DNA from: Schizochytrium sp. TIO01
Taxonomy: Eukaryota; Protista; Bigyra: Labyrinthulomycetes
Length of the DNA stretch: 64,000 nt
NCBI GenBank assembly: GCA_004764695.1
Contig: SMSO01000031.1
Coordinates: forward strand, 1,402,436-1,466,435
Direction: 5' to 3'
Numbering within the stretch: the first letter of the stretch is position 1; the number at the start of each line of letters is the position of its first letter. The position numbers were made by a program, and so were the translations under genes. This document shows positions 1-12,414 of the stretch, piece after piece. The notes beneath the pieces were generated by a model. The model was given only the letters and a program-made list of their open reading frames with translations, was not told where the DNA came from and made no database searches.

Positions 1-877
1 GCCTACTTTCTTGCTCACCTTTAGTTTGCTCTCCCAGCTAGTATGCCCAGCGAGAGATCGTGACATGCAGAACGGTGTGGGCAAAAAGTACTCACGCACC
101 ACACAAGTGCAGGAAAGACTGTGGCTGCCTTCGACTTGGTCGTATTCTCATGAATCTTCACCATCTGTCTGGCGATCGAGCGAGCGAGCGAAGCTGTTGA
201 GACTGGGGATAGCCTTTGGCCCTCCAAGTTGTACATTTTGCAGACAGACACCTCAGTCAGACGGCTGCAGCAGCATTTCTCGAAAACTACGGTGAGATAT
301 GCTTTTGCCTTTCTTGAAAGACATATAAACTATATATATCCATTCTTCTTGATACCCGACAGAACTAGAACTCGTAACCAACAAAACTTGCGCCTCGGGC
401 GGTCGGCGGTTCCTTTCCCACTTCGCGATTGCTGGAGCGAGCGAGTGAGTGAGACCAAGAAGAAACCAGCAAGAAGAAGGCAAAAAATGCAACTCCAAGA
501 CCAAGTTCATCAAATTAAGCTGAGCCAAGTCGCGGGAAATCAAACCTGTATTCGAAGTTGAAAATTGCACATTGTCTTCTTATAGTTTCCCCTCTTTCAG
601 GTAGGTTGCTCCTGTGGAGCACGCTATTCTCCAAAAAGGTTCGGCAATAGGAGAGGCAGATAATAAGAAGGCGGGTTCGAGATTCTAAAAACTTTTTTTC
701 TCCTGCCACGTTCTTTTCTTTCCTCCAGAAGTTCTTTTAAAGGCTCAAAGGCTCCTCTCTTCTTTTTCCTTTTCTTCTTTACTTGAGTTTTTGTTTTTAT
801 TCACTCGCTCTCCTCAAATTTATTTCTAATGGTAGAATAAAACTACAGAACACTATGAGAGGGAGACGACCTAGAGC

Positions 878-878
<1 letters not shown>

Positions 879-973
<95 letters not shown>

Positions 974-974
974 T
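879..974. repeat. (CTTT)n microsatellite, ~24 units
   Basis: Perfect tetranucleotide run read directly; produces the spurious FFLS-repeat ORF 783..1121. Confidence 0.97.
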
Positions 975-2676
975 TCAACCAGATGCCTCTTCGTGGGTCT
1001 TCTCTTGAGGCTTCCAAAGATAGCCGCGGCTTCAGCCTCTCTCTGTGTCCTTGTCTCTGCCTGCCGCCTATCTGTCCTGGAGCAGCACGTGGTGCTTTGG
1101 CATTTTAATCGGCGATCTTAGGATGCATGCAGCATCGTTTTCTTTTTTGCTTTCCTTCTCTTTTTCTTTTCTTCTGCGGGTTTGCAACTCCATTTATAAA
1201 AATGTGATGCATATTTTTATTGCAGAAGTTTCTTTGTCTATTTCCAACAACGCTGCAATTATTATTTTCGACAATCCCTCCATGTCTCCTCTTCCATATT
1301 CTTATTGTTGTTGTTTCTCTCATCATTGTTGACATTGTCGCTCACTAAAACAGTCAGGTAGACAAGTGTTTAATCTTTGAAAAATGCAACAACAATGCAT
1401 GTCTGCCCACGAGAAAGAACTGGGACCCGAGACCACTCCAGGCACAGGCCGGTCCTCCCTTGCCTGCCTGCCTTCTGTCAGCACTGCTTCAGGCCATCGC
1501 CTCTGGCCTCTGACGAGCGAGATCGATCTGCAGTCTAATGGGTGGCGAGGGGCGGGTGGGTGCTGTACTTTTTAAGCAGAGCTGACACCACCAACTCTGC
1601 AAAGAAGGCGAAGGAAGCACTTCGAATGCCTCTGCTTCCAGTTGACCCATTTCTATTAGTAAAAGCCAAGTTTAGTTCAATTTGAGGCGTGAAGAACAAT
1701 GATAAGTTTCTTGAGTAAAAGGTTTGTTTGCCAGAGATCGATGTTTCTTTCTTTCACTTTGAGAATAAACATTTCACTCTTGCTGAGCGACTGAAAGAGT
1801 GAGTGACTTTGTTTCTTTGTTTCTATATTTCTTTATTTCTTTGTAAGTTGGTTGGTCAGTTAGTTGGTCGGTTTGGTCGTTTGTTCGCTAACTAGCGAGT
1901 TGAGGTAATCAACGATTGATTGCCTATCTCGCCCACAAGGAAATTTATTGGCCCTTGATGAGGGAGCACGCTTGCGTGTGCGAATTCTCTCATAGCGAGA
2001 GCTCTCGTGATCGTTGTTGTTGAGAGTCGCACAGTGCGCTTTTGCCGAGTGAGGCTGCTGGTCGGTCAGTGACTACATTCTCCAAGCTCCATCCCTGCCG
2101 AGCTACCTTTCTTTTAGAAGAACACTGAGAGACATAAATAGATAGAGAGAGAGATAGCTATGGCTGCTCTGTTTGTTAAAGTTCTAAAGAAATTGAAAAC
2201 TCATAAATGGGTTGCTAAATTGGAGAAGAAGTCGCTCTCGTCTTATGATTCTTCGATTATCTGTTGTCTCGTTTATTATAAAACCCGCTTTGATGAAGAG
2301 TCTTCTTTTTTTTCTTCTTCTTTTTTTTTTTGTTGATGGGGTAGCTGCTTTTTTATATTAATGAAAGAAAGAAAGAAAGAAAAAAGCAGATCAATTGTGT
2401 CACTGCTAATTTGAAGAGTTCTTTTACTAAGAAAGGCTGAATCACAAGGTGATATCAACTCTCAGCTGTTGTACTACCGACTCTCTCTACACATACTTAG
2501 ACGTGCTCTAATCATTCCACAGCTCGAAAACAACAATGTAAATAAAGCAGACCTGTACCTACTACCATATGTAAGCAACTTCAAACTCTGCAACATCTTT
2601 ATATTTCACGAGGACTTCCAACAGGCAAAGCTGGTAACAGATTGGACAATACTCCCTCCCTCTATCATATAGTTAG

Positions 2677-2711
2677 CTTCTTTCTTTCTTTCTTCCTTTC
2701 TTTCTTTCTTC

Positions 2712-2773
<62 letters not shown>
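2677..2773. repeat. (TTTC)n microsatellite, slightly interrupted
   Basis: Read directly; produces spurious KKER ORFs. Confidence 0.95.
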
Positions 2774-2774
<1 letters not shown>

Positions 2775-2951
2775 TTTTTTTCTTTTTCCAATTAAAAGGC
2801 ACAGGAAAACCAATTTAATTGCAGATTGAGGCCTGCTAAAGTCGACGGACGAGTGGAAGAGACTGAGTACAAGGAAGTGTGTCAAGTGCGTACTACAAAT
2901 GAAACTTTGGCGGATCGATCCGTCAGTTTGAATTTGTGTGGAGGCCACGAG

Positions 2952-3002
2952 AAACAAACAAACAAACAAACAAATAAACAAACAAACAAACAAATAAACA
3001 AA
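2952..3002. repeat. (AAAC)n/(AAAT) microsatellite
   Basis: aaacaaacaaacaaac...aaataaac read directly. Confidence 0.9.
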
Positions 3003-4312
3003 GAGGGAACGAGAAAAGAAGAAACGCCTAGTACATATATACCGTCATAAGGTAGACCAAGGGGCAACCAACTTGCAGTATGATACGATTGGCAAAGGGG
3101 CTGACCGGCAACGAAATAACACTTGCCGTGATATATGAAGATGTTCAGGAGCCACGTGGAATGATAGACCTCTTTCAAGAGCAAGGACGGATTCGTGAAA
3201 CGATGATGAAGTTGGTGATGCGATCTGATGAGTGAGAAACTACCTAAGTTCTTATTATCACGTGGTCTCCTTTAGTTTGCAGCCAACAACATGTTGAAGC
3301 GTAGATGCAAATGCAGGTGGAATCTATTTTCAAAGGGTCGAGGAGTCGCGTCAATTCGCTCTGCATATGCTAGCTCTACCGCAGAACTCAAGACGTCCAA
3401 ACCCTACTGCTTTCGCTGTCTTGGTTTTGATTGTGAAGTGCTGACGATGCTTTCATGTTTGGGGGGGGAGATGCGATGAACAGCGTTGCGTATTGATTGC
3501 CAATAGTAATTGTAGCTCTTAACCTGCATTAGCGTTTCAAAATATGTTTTCCAAGCAGATAAAACCTTTTCAACAACCCTTTCTTCAAAGTAATTAGAAT
3601 ATCCTACTCATCTCCTCTCCATAGGACTATATCGATTCATGCATTCTTTAACTAAAATACAGAGCACGATCAGTAGGTAAGTAAGTAAGGGATGAAGGAA
3701 TGAAGGAATGAAAGAAGAGAATAGAATCTCTAAGAAATAATAATACATAGGATTTTTAGATTTTATTATCTGTAGGCTAGCGCTCAAACCTTGAGAAAGA
3801 CAGAAGCATTGCGAGGATTAATCGTTTCCCTTCGAACGCAGTAGTCAGGAGTCGACAATTTGCTGATCCGTCATGGACATTGGAACACGAGTTCCGGCAG
3901 TGCTTTATCCCAAAATATCCCCACTTTGAAAACGCGTGAAGCGCGACCCCAAATGAGCAAAAAGTGTCTCTGTGTTACCATGCGGAGGGAAGGCCCTCCT
4001 TGGGCAACCGACTGACCGCTTTTTAACTAAAGTTTCGCAGTTGTACTTATTATTAGTAAGCACGCCCAACGAATGGTAGATGGTGGGTAGCATAATAGTT
4101 TGAATGCGTCAAAATCTATTAGATAAACAGAAACTAAACTACAGAAAACAGCTTAGGCCTCCTATTTATTCATATGTTGTACTTTGTGCTTCGAAAAGTC
4201 ACTTAACTACATAGCAGGCACATAGATCAGGTGTCAATGTTTGTATGCTAATCATAACATGGTGAATGATTTGGAAATAGAGAATTGCTCTTCCGTATCA
4301 TATATGCTGGTA

Positions 4313-4538
4313 ACATACATACATACATACATACATACATACATACATACATACATACATACATACATACATACATACATACATACATACATACATACAT
4401 ACATACATACATACATACATACATACATACATACATACATACATACATACATACATACATACATACATACATACATACATACATACATACATACATACAT
4501 ACATACATACATACATACATACATACATACATACATAC
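4313..4538. repeat. (ACAT)n microsatellite, ~56 perfect units
   Basis: Read directly; source of the YIHT/MYVC ORFs. Confidence 0.98.
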
Positions 4539-4992
4539 TATGTATGAACGAGGGCCAACGAATAAAAGGTGAGGAGAGGGAGAGCAGGGTCCTCAAGCCT
4601 GGTCAGTTCTTGGGAAAACCCCGTCAGCTAAAGCTGGAGCAGAAAGAAGCGAACAAGTGGTCGAAAGTCATCCCCTTCAGCTCCAAAAAGAGTTGTTGAT
4701 CCTTCTTACAAATAAATTATCCATCTATAAATAGATGCCGATTCTTCATTTGTGTGAAAGAGGGCGGCCATCGAGGAACCAGAATAGCTAGATAGATGCC
4801 TGATATTCGAAATAATTCTCGACAATACAGTGTGGTTTGTTTGGTTTTGTACTCTGCAAGAAATGAAAAGCGTTTTCTTTGGTTTGCTGCGTCTTCTTTG
4901 TTAGTTTGTTAAATCCCTACTTTTTGTGTAAGTGCCATCACGCCTCTGGTTACATTTTCTCCATGAGTCTTTCTTCCCTCGCTCTTTGGCTG

Positions 4993-5066
4993 TTTTGTTT
5001 TATTTTGTTTTGTTTTGTTTTGTTTTGTTTTGTTTTGCTTTGCTTTGCTTTGCTTTGCTTTTTGCT
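4993..5066. repeat. compound (TTTTG)n to (TTTGC)n pentanucleotide repeat
   Basis: Read directly. Confidence 0.9.
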
Positions 5067-6741
5067 CTTGTTTCTTTCCTTGTTCGTTTCTTTTGTGGAC
5101 CCACTGAAATGAGAAGAGCTTCACAACAGAAGAAGTCAACAGAGCAAGAGATGCTCAGATTTGCTAACAGAGACCGCAGCAAAGAGGGCCCGGAGCCTGT
5201 CAGAGGCATTAATACGCCGCAGTGGCGACCCGGCCAAAGAGAGCAGGAACACGTTTTCATCAAGTGCAGAACTGCAAACAAAGCAAGATGGCTCCTCTTT
5301 GCTCTTATCAATAAAAACTTTTCTTCTTTTCTTCTCTCCTCTTCTCTTCTCTTTTTGTTTGCACAATATTTTGCCCATTTTCCCGCGATGGAGCAAAAAG
5401 AAACCGACAATACATTGCATCGCATTATGGTTGGTCTGAGTGAGGGAGAAAAGAATTTGATTCTCTCTATTCCGGCTTTGAAACTAGAAAAAGGCAAAGT
5501 GGAAGAAGTCGCAAAAGGAAATAAAGTCAATCAAAAAAAGGGAGCGAACAGAAGTGGAAGCAGTCTAAACAGAAAGTAACTTTAGTGAGCAACCCCCCCT
5601 ACAATACACTTTTATATACTTGCTAATCTTAGCCGCTCTTTCCCCTTTTAAATATCAAAGTTCGAATGGTTAAACGACATCAAACTTTTCATTAATTTGT
5701 AATTTTTAATGATTATTTAGTTTCAAAAATTAAACTAAAACAAATAAATGAATTACGAGCCACTCTTGCGAATTTTTTAAATATTTTTTTTCTTACCGAA
5801 GTTGAAGGAGACAGATTCATCTGTTGTATAGAATAAGTTTCTCGTTGTGAACAAGGTGGGTCGGGCCTTTAAATACTATGCTAGAGAACAAAAGCAGGCA
5901 AAGAAGCAAACGATACCCTGGAAACTTGTACGCCGCTAGCTAGAAAGCAGAGCAACGCACAGATGCTCACACTAATACGGCAAAGAAACACAGGGAGTCA
6001 AGGAAGAAGAGAAAAGACGAACATTCATTTCTCTTTTAGTTTTTCAATTTGCTATAAAGTAAAACAAAAGGCATTTACACTCTTTTTATTCGGAATGGTT
6101 CGACCGCAGTTGTGAAGTGAGATTTTAAACAAATAAACAAATGTAATCTTTGTTTTTAATCCCCTTCTTCCTTCTGCCAAAAGCCGAACTAAACGAAAAG
6201 ATAAGGAATGAGACATAACAGTATTTTTATGAAGCAGAAGAATGCCAAACTAATAAATAATACTGATAAAACTACTAAACAGGAAGGAAGAAAAAGAAAA
6301 AGAAAAAGAAAAAGAAAAAAGTCCAGGCGAAAGAAAGCAAAAGCAAATCAAAGTAAAGCAAAGCAAATCTCTTCATCGTGCTGTGGCAAATCTCTTCCCG
6401 GTCAGTCTCTCGCAACAAGCACAATCAACAGGCGAACCTATAAATTCACAAGCAAGACTCGAGCGTAGGCAGCGCACGAGCGAGAGGCTCAACAGCAGAG
6501 GGCCGCGACCACGGCGGACGCGGTGTGGCCCGCGCAGGAGGCGCCGCGCTCAGAGCTGGCGCGCGGCGGCCTCCAGAAGCAGCTGACCCGCGCGGAAAGG
6601 GGAAAAAGCAGCGAGTCGAGGTCCTACTCTTCGACTTGCGCTTCGTTGGGATTAAGACGAAGCGAAAGGAACAGCGAGGACGCGGAGAAGCCGAATTCCT
6701 TGGCAAGGTCGACCAACGCGTGGAGATCTCCTAAGGAAGGC

Positions 6742-9000
6742 ATGTGCGAAGGCGGCGAAGGGAAATTCAGAAGGAAGAACCAGCAGCACCACAAGCAAGC
6801 CAACATAAAGCCCGTCAGTTCTCGTGACAACCACAAGCCAAGCGAGTTAAACAACACCAGCACCAGCACCAGCAGCAACAACAACAACAACACTCGTCAG
6901 AATCTCAACATTCAGTTGCCATTGAAGTCACAACAGCAGCAACAAACGGCTGTCGCTGTCTCATCAGAGATCATGAAGGAACAACAACAGAATCAAGGCC
7001 GCAAATCCAATGCATCCGGAAAAGACCAGCACAGCAATGGGGTCCAGGGGCTGAAAATGACAGCCTCTGGATCCGGAGAGAGTCATGTCACCAGCGTACC
7101 AAACCATTCAGCATTGTCGTCAACATCAAAGGAGAGCAAGCCCAACAACAACAACAATAGCGCAAAGAAAAAGCAGGACAAAATCTCCTCATCCTCATCA
7201 ACCTCGTCATCTGTTTCAATGGTCTCAGGCAAAGCAGACTTCGAAGACGACCCACGAAATGCATTCCCAAGGTCAATCAGCTCTGGCAACGAAGATGATG
7301 ACAACGGAAATTCCACCACTGGCAGGTTCACAAAGGAGGAGCAAGAGATGCTCGTAGACATTATTAAATCTGACGACGAGCTTACGCGCTCGTTCTTGCA
7401 TAAAGTTAGGGCCAGGCAATTCCAACGGAAATCATGGATGCACGAGATCGCCGTACGCTTCAAGGAGCGCAGTGGCACTGACCGTTCTCTCGATGCAGTG
7501 CGTCACCACTTCATGCTCCGTAGAGTAGAAAAGGGTCAACATCTCAATGTCCTTCTCTCCCACGCTGTCAGGTGTTCCCGAAAAGCGTCATGTACCAAAT
7601 GTTTATTGTTAGCACGCGAGCGTGTGGAACTCGGACTTGCTCGCTGCGGATCTCCCTCATGTACAATTTGCCGACCGGACCTCCCTTCGGTCTTTGACCC
7701 CTTTTCTGCGCACGAAGTCATGCAGCAAGCCGCCATGGGCGGTGCTGGAGGCGCAGCTCGCCTCTCCTCTCTCGCGTCCTCCTCCGGCGCGCAAACGCAG
7801 TCACATCTTGCCCCAAACTTTGCTGCTGCCATGCACGCCGGCAGCATCGGTTCGAACTCCATGAAACAGGAATTCCCACATCAGGGCCTCCACGGAGCGC
7901 TCCCTCCGCAGATCCACGGCCTTATGCCGCACCATCTTCAGGCAGCTGCTCAAGCAGCCGCTGCCGCGCAGCAACACCAAACTTCTTCGCAAACGCAGTC
8001 ACAGCAACACCAAGTTCATACACCAGCAACGACTTCTGTGGGGAACCCTGCACTTAACTTCGGACCACTGCTCGGCAACTCGCGCTCCATGCTCGCGTCT
8101 GGTCAGGGCTCGGCGGGCCTCTTCTCGCTGGGTGGGTTAGGTGCAGGAAACCAGGTTATGGGCAACAGCAATGGCAATGGCAAGAACGGACACGGAATGG
8201 GGCTTGATAGCAAGGAGATTCCGGGACACCACAAGGAAATCCAAAACGCCCTGCCACAGGGGTTCAACATGATGGACCTCTCACAACTGCAGATTGCTGC
8301 TCTTGCGAACTTGCACCAGCAGCAACAAGAAAAGCAACGCATGCACGAGCATGAGATTAGGCAGGCTGAGCTGTCCCGCATTCAGGCCTTCTACGCAGCC
8401 ATGCAGCAGCAGCAGCAGCAACAACAACAACAACAAGGGGGTAGTGGTGGTCCGTCTGGTTCACTTTCAAATCTAGGGAGCGACCCACAGTTGCCGTTAG
8501 GGAAACGATCCGGCTCTGATTCTTCGCAACAGCAACAACAACAACAGCTCCAGCAACAGCTCTTGCAGCAGCTCCAGCGTCAGCAGCCACCTACTGCTTT
8601 CCACGAGACTATCCTGGCTCAAATTGCCGCGCAGCAACAAGCCTCTCTGATACAATCCATGCAGCAACAGCAGCAGCAGCAACTACAGCAGCAGTTGCCC
8701 CATCGGGGTTTCAAGACCATGGACGACTACCGCAAATCGCTTTCTCCCGACCTACCGTTCTTCATGCAACAACAGTTGCATATGCAGGCGCAGCAACTAA
8801 ACCAGCAGGGTGATCAACCGTCACAGCAGCAGCAGCAGCTCTCTTCATTATTATCACTCCTCAACTCCTCAAATCAAGCATCTTTGCTACAGCAGCTGCA
8901 GCAACAACAGCTGCAGCAACAACAAGTCGCTGCCGATGACCGCAAACGCAGCCGAAATGACTTTGATGGAAATGAAATTGACAAACGCCAACGCAAATAG
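6742..9000 (+). CDS. Glutamine-rich putative transcription factor with Myb/SANT-like domain and Cys/His-rich (TAZ-like) motif
   Basis: Long ORF (track 6523..9000 opens at GTG; first ATG 6742, alternative 6973). GRFTKEEQEMLVDII...W..IA..F......R...AVRHHF resembles a Myb/SANT repeat; followed by HAVRCSRKASCTKC and CGSPSCTIC; polyQ tracts; basic C-terminal NLS-like RKRSR...KRQRK. Confidence 0.75.
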   Translation: MCEGGEGKFRRKNQQHHKQANIKPVSSRDNHKPSELNNTSTSTSSNNNNNTRQNLNIQLPLKSQQQQQTAVAVSSEIMKEQQQNQGRKSNASGKDQHSNGVQGLKMTASGSGESHVTSVPNHSALSSTSKESKPNNNNNSAKKKQDKISSSSSTSSSVSMVSGKADFEDDPRNAFPRSISSGNEDDDNGNSTTGRFTKEEQEMLVDIIKSDDELTRSFLHKVRARQFQRKSWMHEIAVRFKERSGTDRSLDAVRHHFMLRRVEKGQHLNVLLSHAVRCSRKASCTKCLLLARERVELGLARCGSPSCTICRPDLPSVFDPFSAHEVMQQAAMGGAGGAARLSSLASSSGAQTQSHLAPNFAAAMHAGSIGSNSMKQEFPHQGLHGALPPQIHGLMPHHLQAAAQAAAAAQQHQTSSQTQSQQHQVHTPATTSVGNPALNFGPLLGNSRSMLASGQGSAGLFSLGGLGAGNQVMGNSNGNGKNGHGMGLDSKEIPGHHKEIQNALPQGFNMMDLSQLQIAALANLHQQQQEKQRMHEHEIRQAELSRIQAFYAAMQQQQQQQQQQQGGSGGPSGSLSNLGSDPQLPLGKRSGSDSSQQQQQQQLQQQLLQQLQRQQPPTAFHETILAQIAAQQQASLIQSMQQQQQQQLQQQLPHRGFKTMDDYRKSLSPDLPFFMQQQLHMQAQQLNQQGDQPSQQQQQLSSLLSLLNSSNQASLLQQLQQQQLQQQQVAADDRKRSRNDFDGNEIDKRQRK

Positions 9001-9933
9001 TATGCGGCCCTTCTTCAACTATTCATCGGTCCATCTATCCCTCCATCTATTGAACAAGGTACACTTATAGACATACACACAGATACATGAACGCACATTT
9101 CTAGTTTTTTTTTCTTCTTCTTCTTGTCGTTATAGTTCTTTCCTACGTGGTTTTCTTGATCGCGGGGTTGTACATGACCAATTTATTCTCCCTTTCAAAG
9201 TTGTTTCCTTTGTTTTTCTGATTTTCTATTCTTTACAGAACACACAGTGATGAAACGATAGAAACTAACCCACGCAGCCTCCCCCACTTGACCATTCTCT
9301 GAATCTCATCTCAGCCCGAGGCTTTCGCTCTTTCTTTCTTCAACCTTCAGACCTCTTGTTTACTGTACTTCTCAGCCTAGCTCTCCGCATTCGCCATAAT
9401 AGTCGTCCCAAGCCCTCGTTTCAGTACATTCACTCAAATCGCCTTACGTTTAGTCATAGGTGGATACCATGGTACCCAGCCTAATGATCATTTACATTCG
9501 TGTCACCTGAGTAGAAATCTAGCTGCCTGAGCAACAAACTTGTCGTGTGAACACAAAGCGAGCAGGACTGCCGCTTCTTCATTCTCTGGAGCAGCCACAG
9601 AAGAGAAAAAGAGCAGCATGAAGCACAGGGTGTGCGCTTTTCTGCTGCCTATAGTTTTGGATAATGAGGGCACATAAGACCATAGTAGAATTCGCGTGAT
9701 TTGCGGGAAAGAAATATTCTGCCATCTTGTTCATGTACCAACTAGAACTCTAACCTGATATTGTAGTGATCGCAGTGCCTCGCGAGGTTGCAGTGCTGCA
9801 ACACTGAGTTTTCAGGAGTCGCTGCGATACCTGGGAGCACCGCGAGCAAGGTTTAGAATAGTGCGGACGCAGCAAAAGAGTTATTGAAGTGGCAAGCAAA
9901 GCCAGAATAGCCTAGCTGGCGCTTCGAGACGAG

Positions 9934-12414
9934 ATGAGGAATCGCGACAGCTTGCCTGTTGTTGCTCCCAACTTGCTGCTGCGTGAGCCGAGCGCGGAAA
10001 CAATCGTGGAATCTAGTGATGATGAGCAAGAGGATCATGAAGAAAGTGCAGACATGGAATGTACTAATGCTTCTCTCCATGGTGAACGAGCTCGTAACGA
10101 GAAGAGTGGATTAAAAAGTAGTTCCGACACAAAGAAATGTGTTCTCATGGTCACAATCGGGTCCCGGGGAGACCTCAACCCTTTCCTTGCACTTGGTGAA
10201 GAGTTCGTAGCGCGTGGCTACCATGTACGTATCGCAACCCATGCCGTTTTCAAAGAACCTGTGGAAAGGTTTGGCTTTGAGCACTGGAAAATTGCAGGCG
10301 ACCCCAAAGTTCTTATGGAGCTCATGAGTACAAACTCAACTGCCTTTGCAAGCCCAAACTTCCTGTACAAAAATTACAAAACCTACCGATCTATCATGAA
10401 AGGCGTATTTAATGATATGTACAAATGCTCTCAAAATCCACCTCCTGGCGCTCACTACTCACTCATCGTTGCCAATCCGATTTCACATTGCGGTATCCAC
10501 CTTGCCGAATACCTGAAAATTCCAGTCACTATGCTCTTTACCATGCCATGGACGCGTTCCAAAGATTTTCCATTTCCGCTATACCTCACATCGAAAGGAG
10601 TTCCCGAACCTTCCATCCTTAATCATTCTACTTATGGGCTCTTTGAAACTGCATTGTGGTTCTCCCTACAAGATCACATAAACTACTTCCGCACAAAGCA
10701 ATTAAATTTGCCAAGTAAACCCTTTTATGAGTCTGAAGCCGCTAGTTCTAATATTTCTATAAATGGACGAAAAGTCCCGTTCATGTATTGCTGGAGCAAA
10801 CTAATTATTCCAAAACCAAAGGACTGGGGTAAACACATTATGATTAGCGGTTATCTTCTCACAAAGCATGACCGTAAAGCTTTACTAGACTGCCATTCGA
10901 ATCAGTACACCAACGCTGAAACCCCAATGCAGAGACAAAATATAGAATCTGCCAAACCAACGGCAACTGCAGATCTGTCGTTTGAGAAGTACAGCAATAA
11001 AGAAGTGAACCGACAAACTCCCGAGAACGCAATAAGCTGCTCAAGTTTAAAACTGGACCCTCCTAAAATTTCGGGATTTGACGCCTGCCCCCAGTTGGGA
11101 CGCTTCCTCGACCTAGTAGCTAAATGGGATAAACGAGGACCACTGTATATTGGATTTGGGTCTATTAATGCTCCTCCTCAGGAGTTTAGACAGATTATCG
11201 CCAGTATAATTCAGGTTTTGCATTTTCTAAACTGCATAACTCATGACGATGGAAAAACAGGTCTGCCTGGCTCACGCTTTGTCATATTTCAATGCCTTCA
11301 CCATGCAGAGGTTGTTCGAGAGGAGCTGGCAAATGCTGCGAATATGTGCACTCGACCCGCCCATGACACGAGCTTCTTTGCGTCTCGAAAACCACTTCTC
11401 TCAATTCTTCCCGAAAAGCTATCCAAGACTAGAAATGACATATCTAGCAAGCCAGCCAGACCTGTACACAAATCAGCTTCTACGTCCAGCCTTGTTAAGC
11501 TTTTGCGAGCTAAGATGGAACAACCACAAGAACAAGTACAGGAAGAACATGGGGCTGGCACATTACAGGCTAATGATGCAACTCCCTTTGCAGAGCCAAA
11601 TAATAGCGTGCGTCAAGGAGCTCGTACCCCGCCTCCGAGAACTTCAGTAGATGATAACTCACATCCTATCTTGCAGCGATCTTCATTCGCTACTTTTCAA
11701 AGAATTGCCACTGCACTCTCATTTGCGACTGTCAAGCGAAGCGCGCCAGGAGACCAGGAGTTCGTTTCTGAAAGCAAATCGAAGAATAAATTTGTCCCTC
11801 ATCAACCCCTAACAGAAATTCTGCATAGCCCGGTTTCCGATGAAAAGGCCAAGCAGTCTTGGCTAGCTCTACAGGCAAATGTTACGATTATCAAGCAGGC
11901 AAATCACAGTGAGCTTTTCCCTCGATGCTCAGCCATTGTGCATCATGGAGGAGCAGGAACCTTCATGACAAGTGCTTTCGCTGGTACCGCGCAACTGGTG
12001 GTCCCCTTCTTTGGTGACCAGTTTTTGTGGGCAGATATTGCTCGCCGTCTTGAGGTTGGATCCTCGATTGCTGCCGATCGCGTGAAAACACGATCTCTCT
12101 TAACTGCTCTTAAATTCGCTCTTCGTACAGAAACTGCGCACAAGGCAGCGACTCTTGGTGACAAACTGCGAGCAGAATTACTTCTACCGGAACAAGCGGG
12201 ACCACAACGAGCTGTAGATGCAATTGAAGCTTGGGCAAACCACGAGACCGATTCCTTCGATCTCGACTTGGTGCAAGGACCTAAGCTCAACCCAAGAGCA
12301 CATAAAGCAGCATCCAAAGCGCCACAACATCAAAAAATGCCCTCTTCAGCTTCCACTCAGCATCACGATGATAGTGACTTAGACAAACAAACACCCTCTT
12401 GTCAAACGCAATGA
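9934..12414 (+). CDS. Sterol 3-beta-glucosyltransferase-like GT1 (UGT80/Atg26 family)
   Basis: N-terminal IGSRGDLNPFLALG...GYHVRIATH; HCGIHLAEYLKIP..FTMPWT; YCWS..IIPKPKDWG; YIGFGS; C-terminal LFPRCSAIVHHGGAGT...VVPFFGDQFLWA UDP-sugar signature. Confidence 0.92.
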   Translation: MRNRDSLPVVAPNLLLREPSAETIVESSDDEQEDHEESADMECTNASLHGERARNEKSGLKSSSDTKKCVLMVTIGSRGDLNPFLALGEEFVARGYHVRIATHAVFKEPVERFGFEHWKIAGDPKVLMELMSTNSTAFASPNFLYKNYKTYRSIMKGVFNDMYKCSQNPPPGAHYSLIVANPISHCGIHLAEYLKIPVTMLFTMPWTRSKDFPFPLYLTSKGVPEPSILNHSTYGLFETALWFSLQDHINYFRTKQLNLPSKPFYESEAASSNISINGRKVPFMYCWSKLIIPKPKDWGKHIMISGYLLTKHDRKALLDCHSNQYTNAETPMQRQNIESAKPTATADLSFEKYSNKEVNRQTPENAISCSSLKLDPPKISGFDACPQLGRFLDLVAKWDKRGPLYIGFGSINAPPQEFRQIIASIIQVLHFLNCITHDDGKTGLPGSRFVIFQCLHHAEVVREELANAANMCTRPAHDTSFFASRKPLLSILPEKLSKTRNDISSKPARPVHKSASTSSLVKLLRAKMEQPQEQVQEEHGAGTLQANDATPFAEPNNSVRQGARTPPPRTSVDDNSHPILQRSSFATFQRIATALSFATVKRSAPGDQEFVSESKSKNKFVPHQPLTEILHSPVSDEKAKQSWLALQANVTIIKQANHSELFPRCSAIVHHGGAGTFMTSAFAGTAQLVVPFFGDQFLWADIARRLEVGSSIAADRVKTRSLLTALKFALRTETAHKAATLGDKLRAELLLPEQAGPQRAVDAIEAWANHETDSFDLDLVQGPKLNPRAHKAASKAPQHQKMPSSASTQHHDDSDLDKQTPSCQTQ

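Noticed and set aside
21-570. Short minus-strand ORFs with a GTGAGT donor-like site near 91-96
   Set aside because: Could be a first or UTR exon of a gene outside the window, but nothing recognisable supports it.
783-5579. ORFs with FFLS, KKER, YIHT/MYVC and FCFV repeats
   Set aside because: Artefacts of stop-free microsatellites; no domain content.
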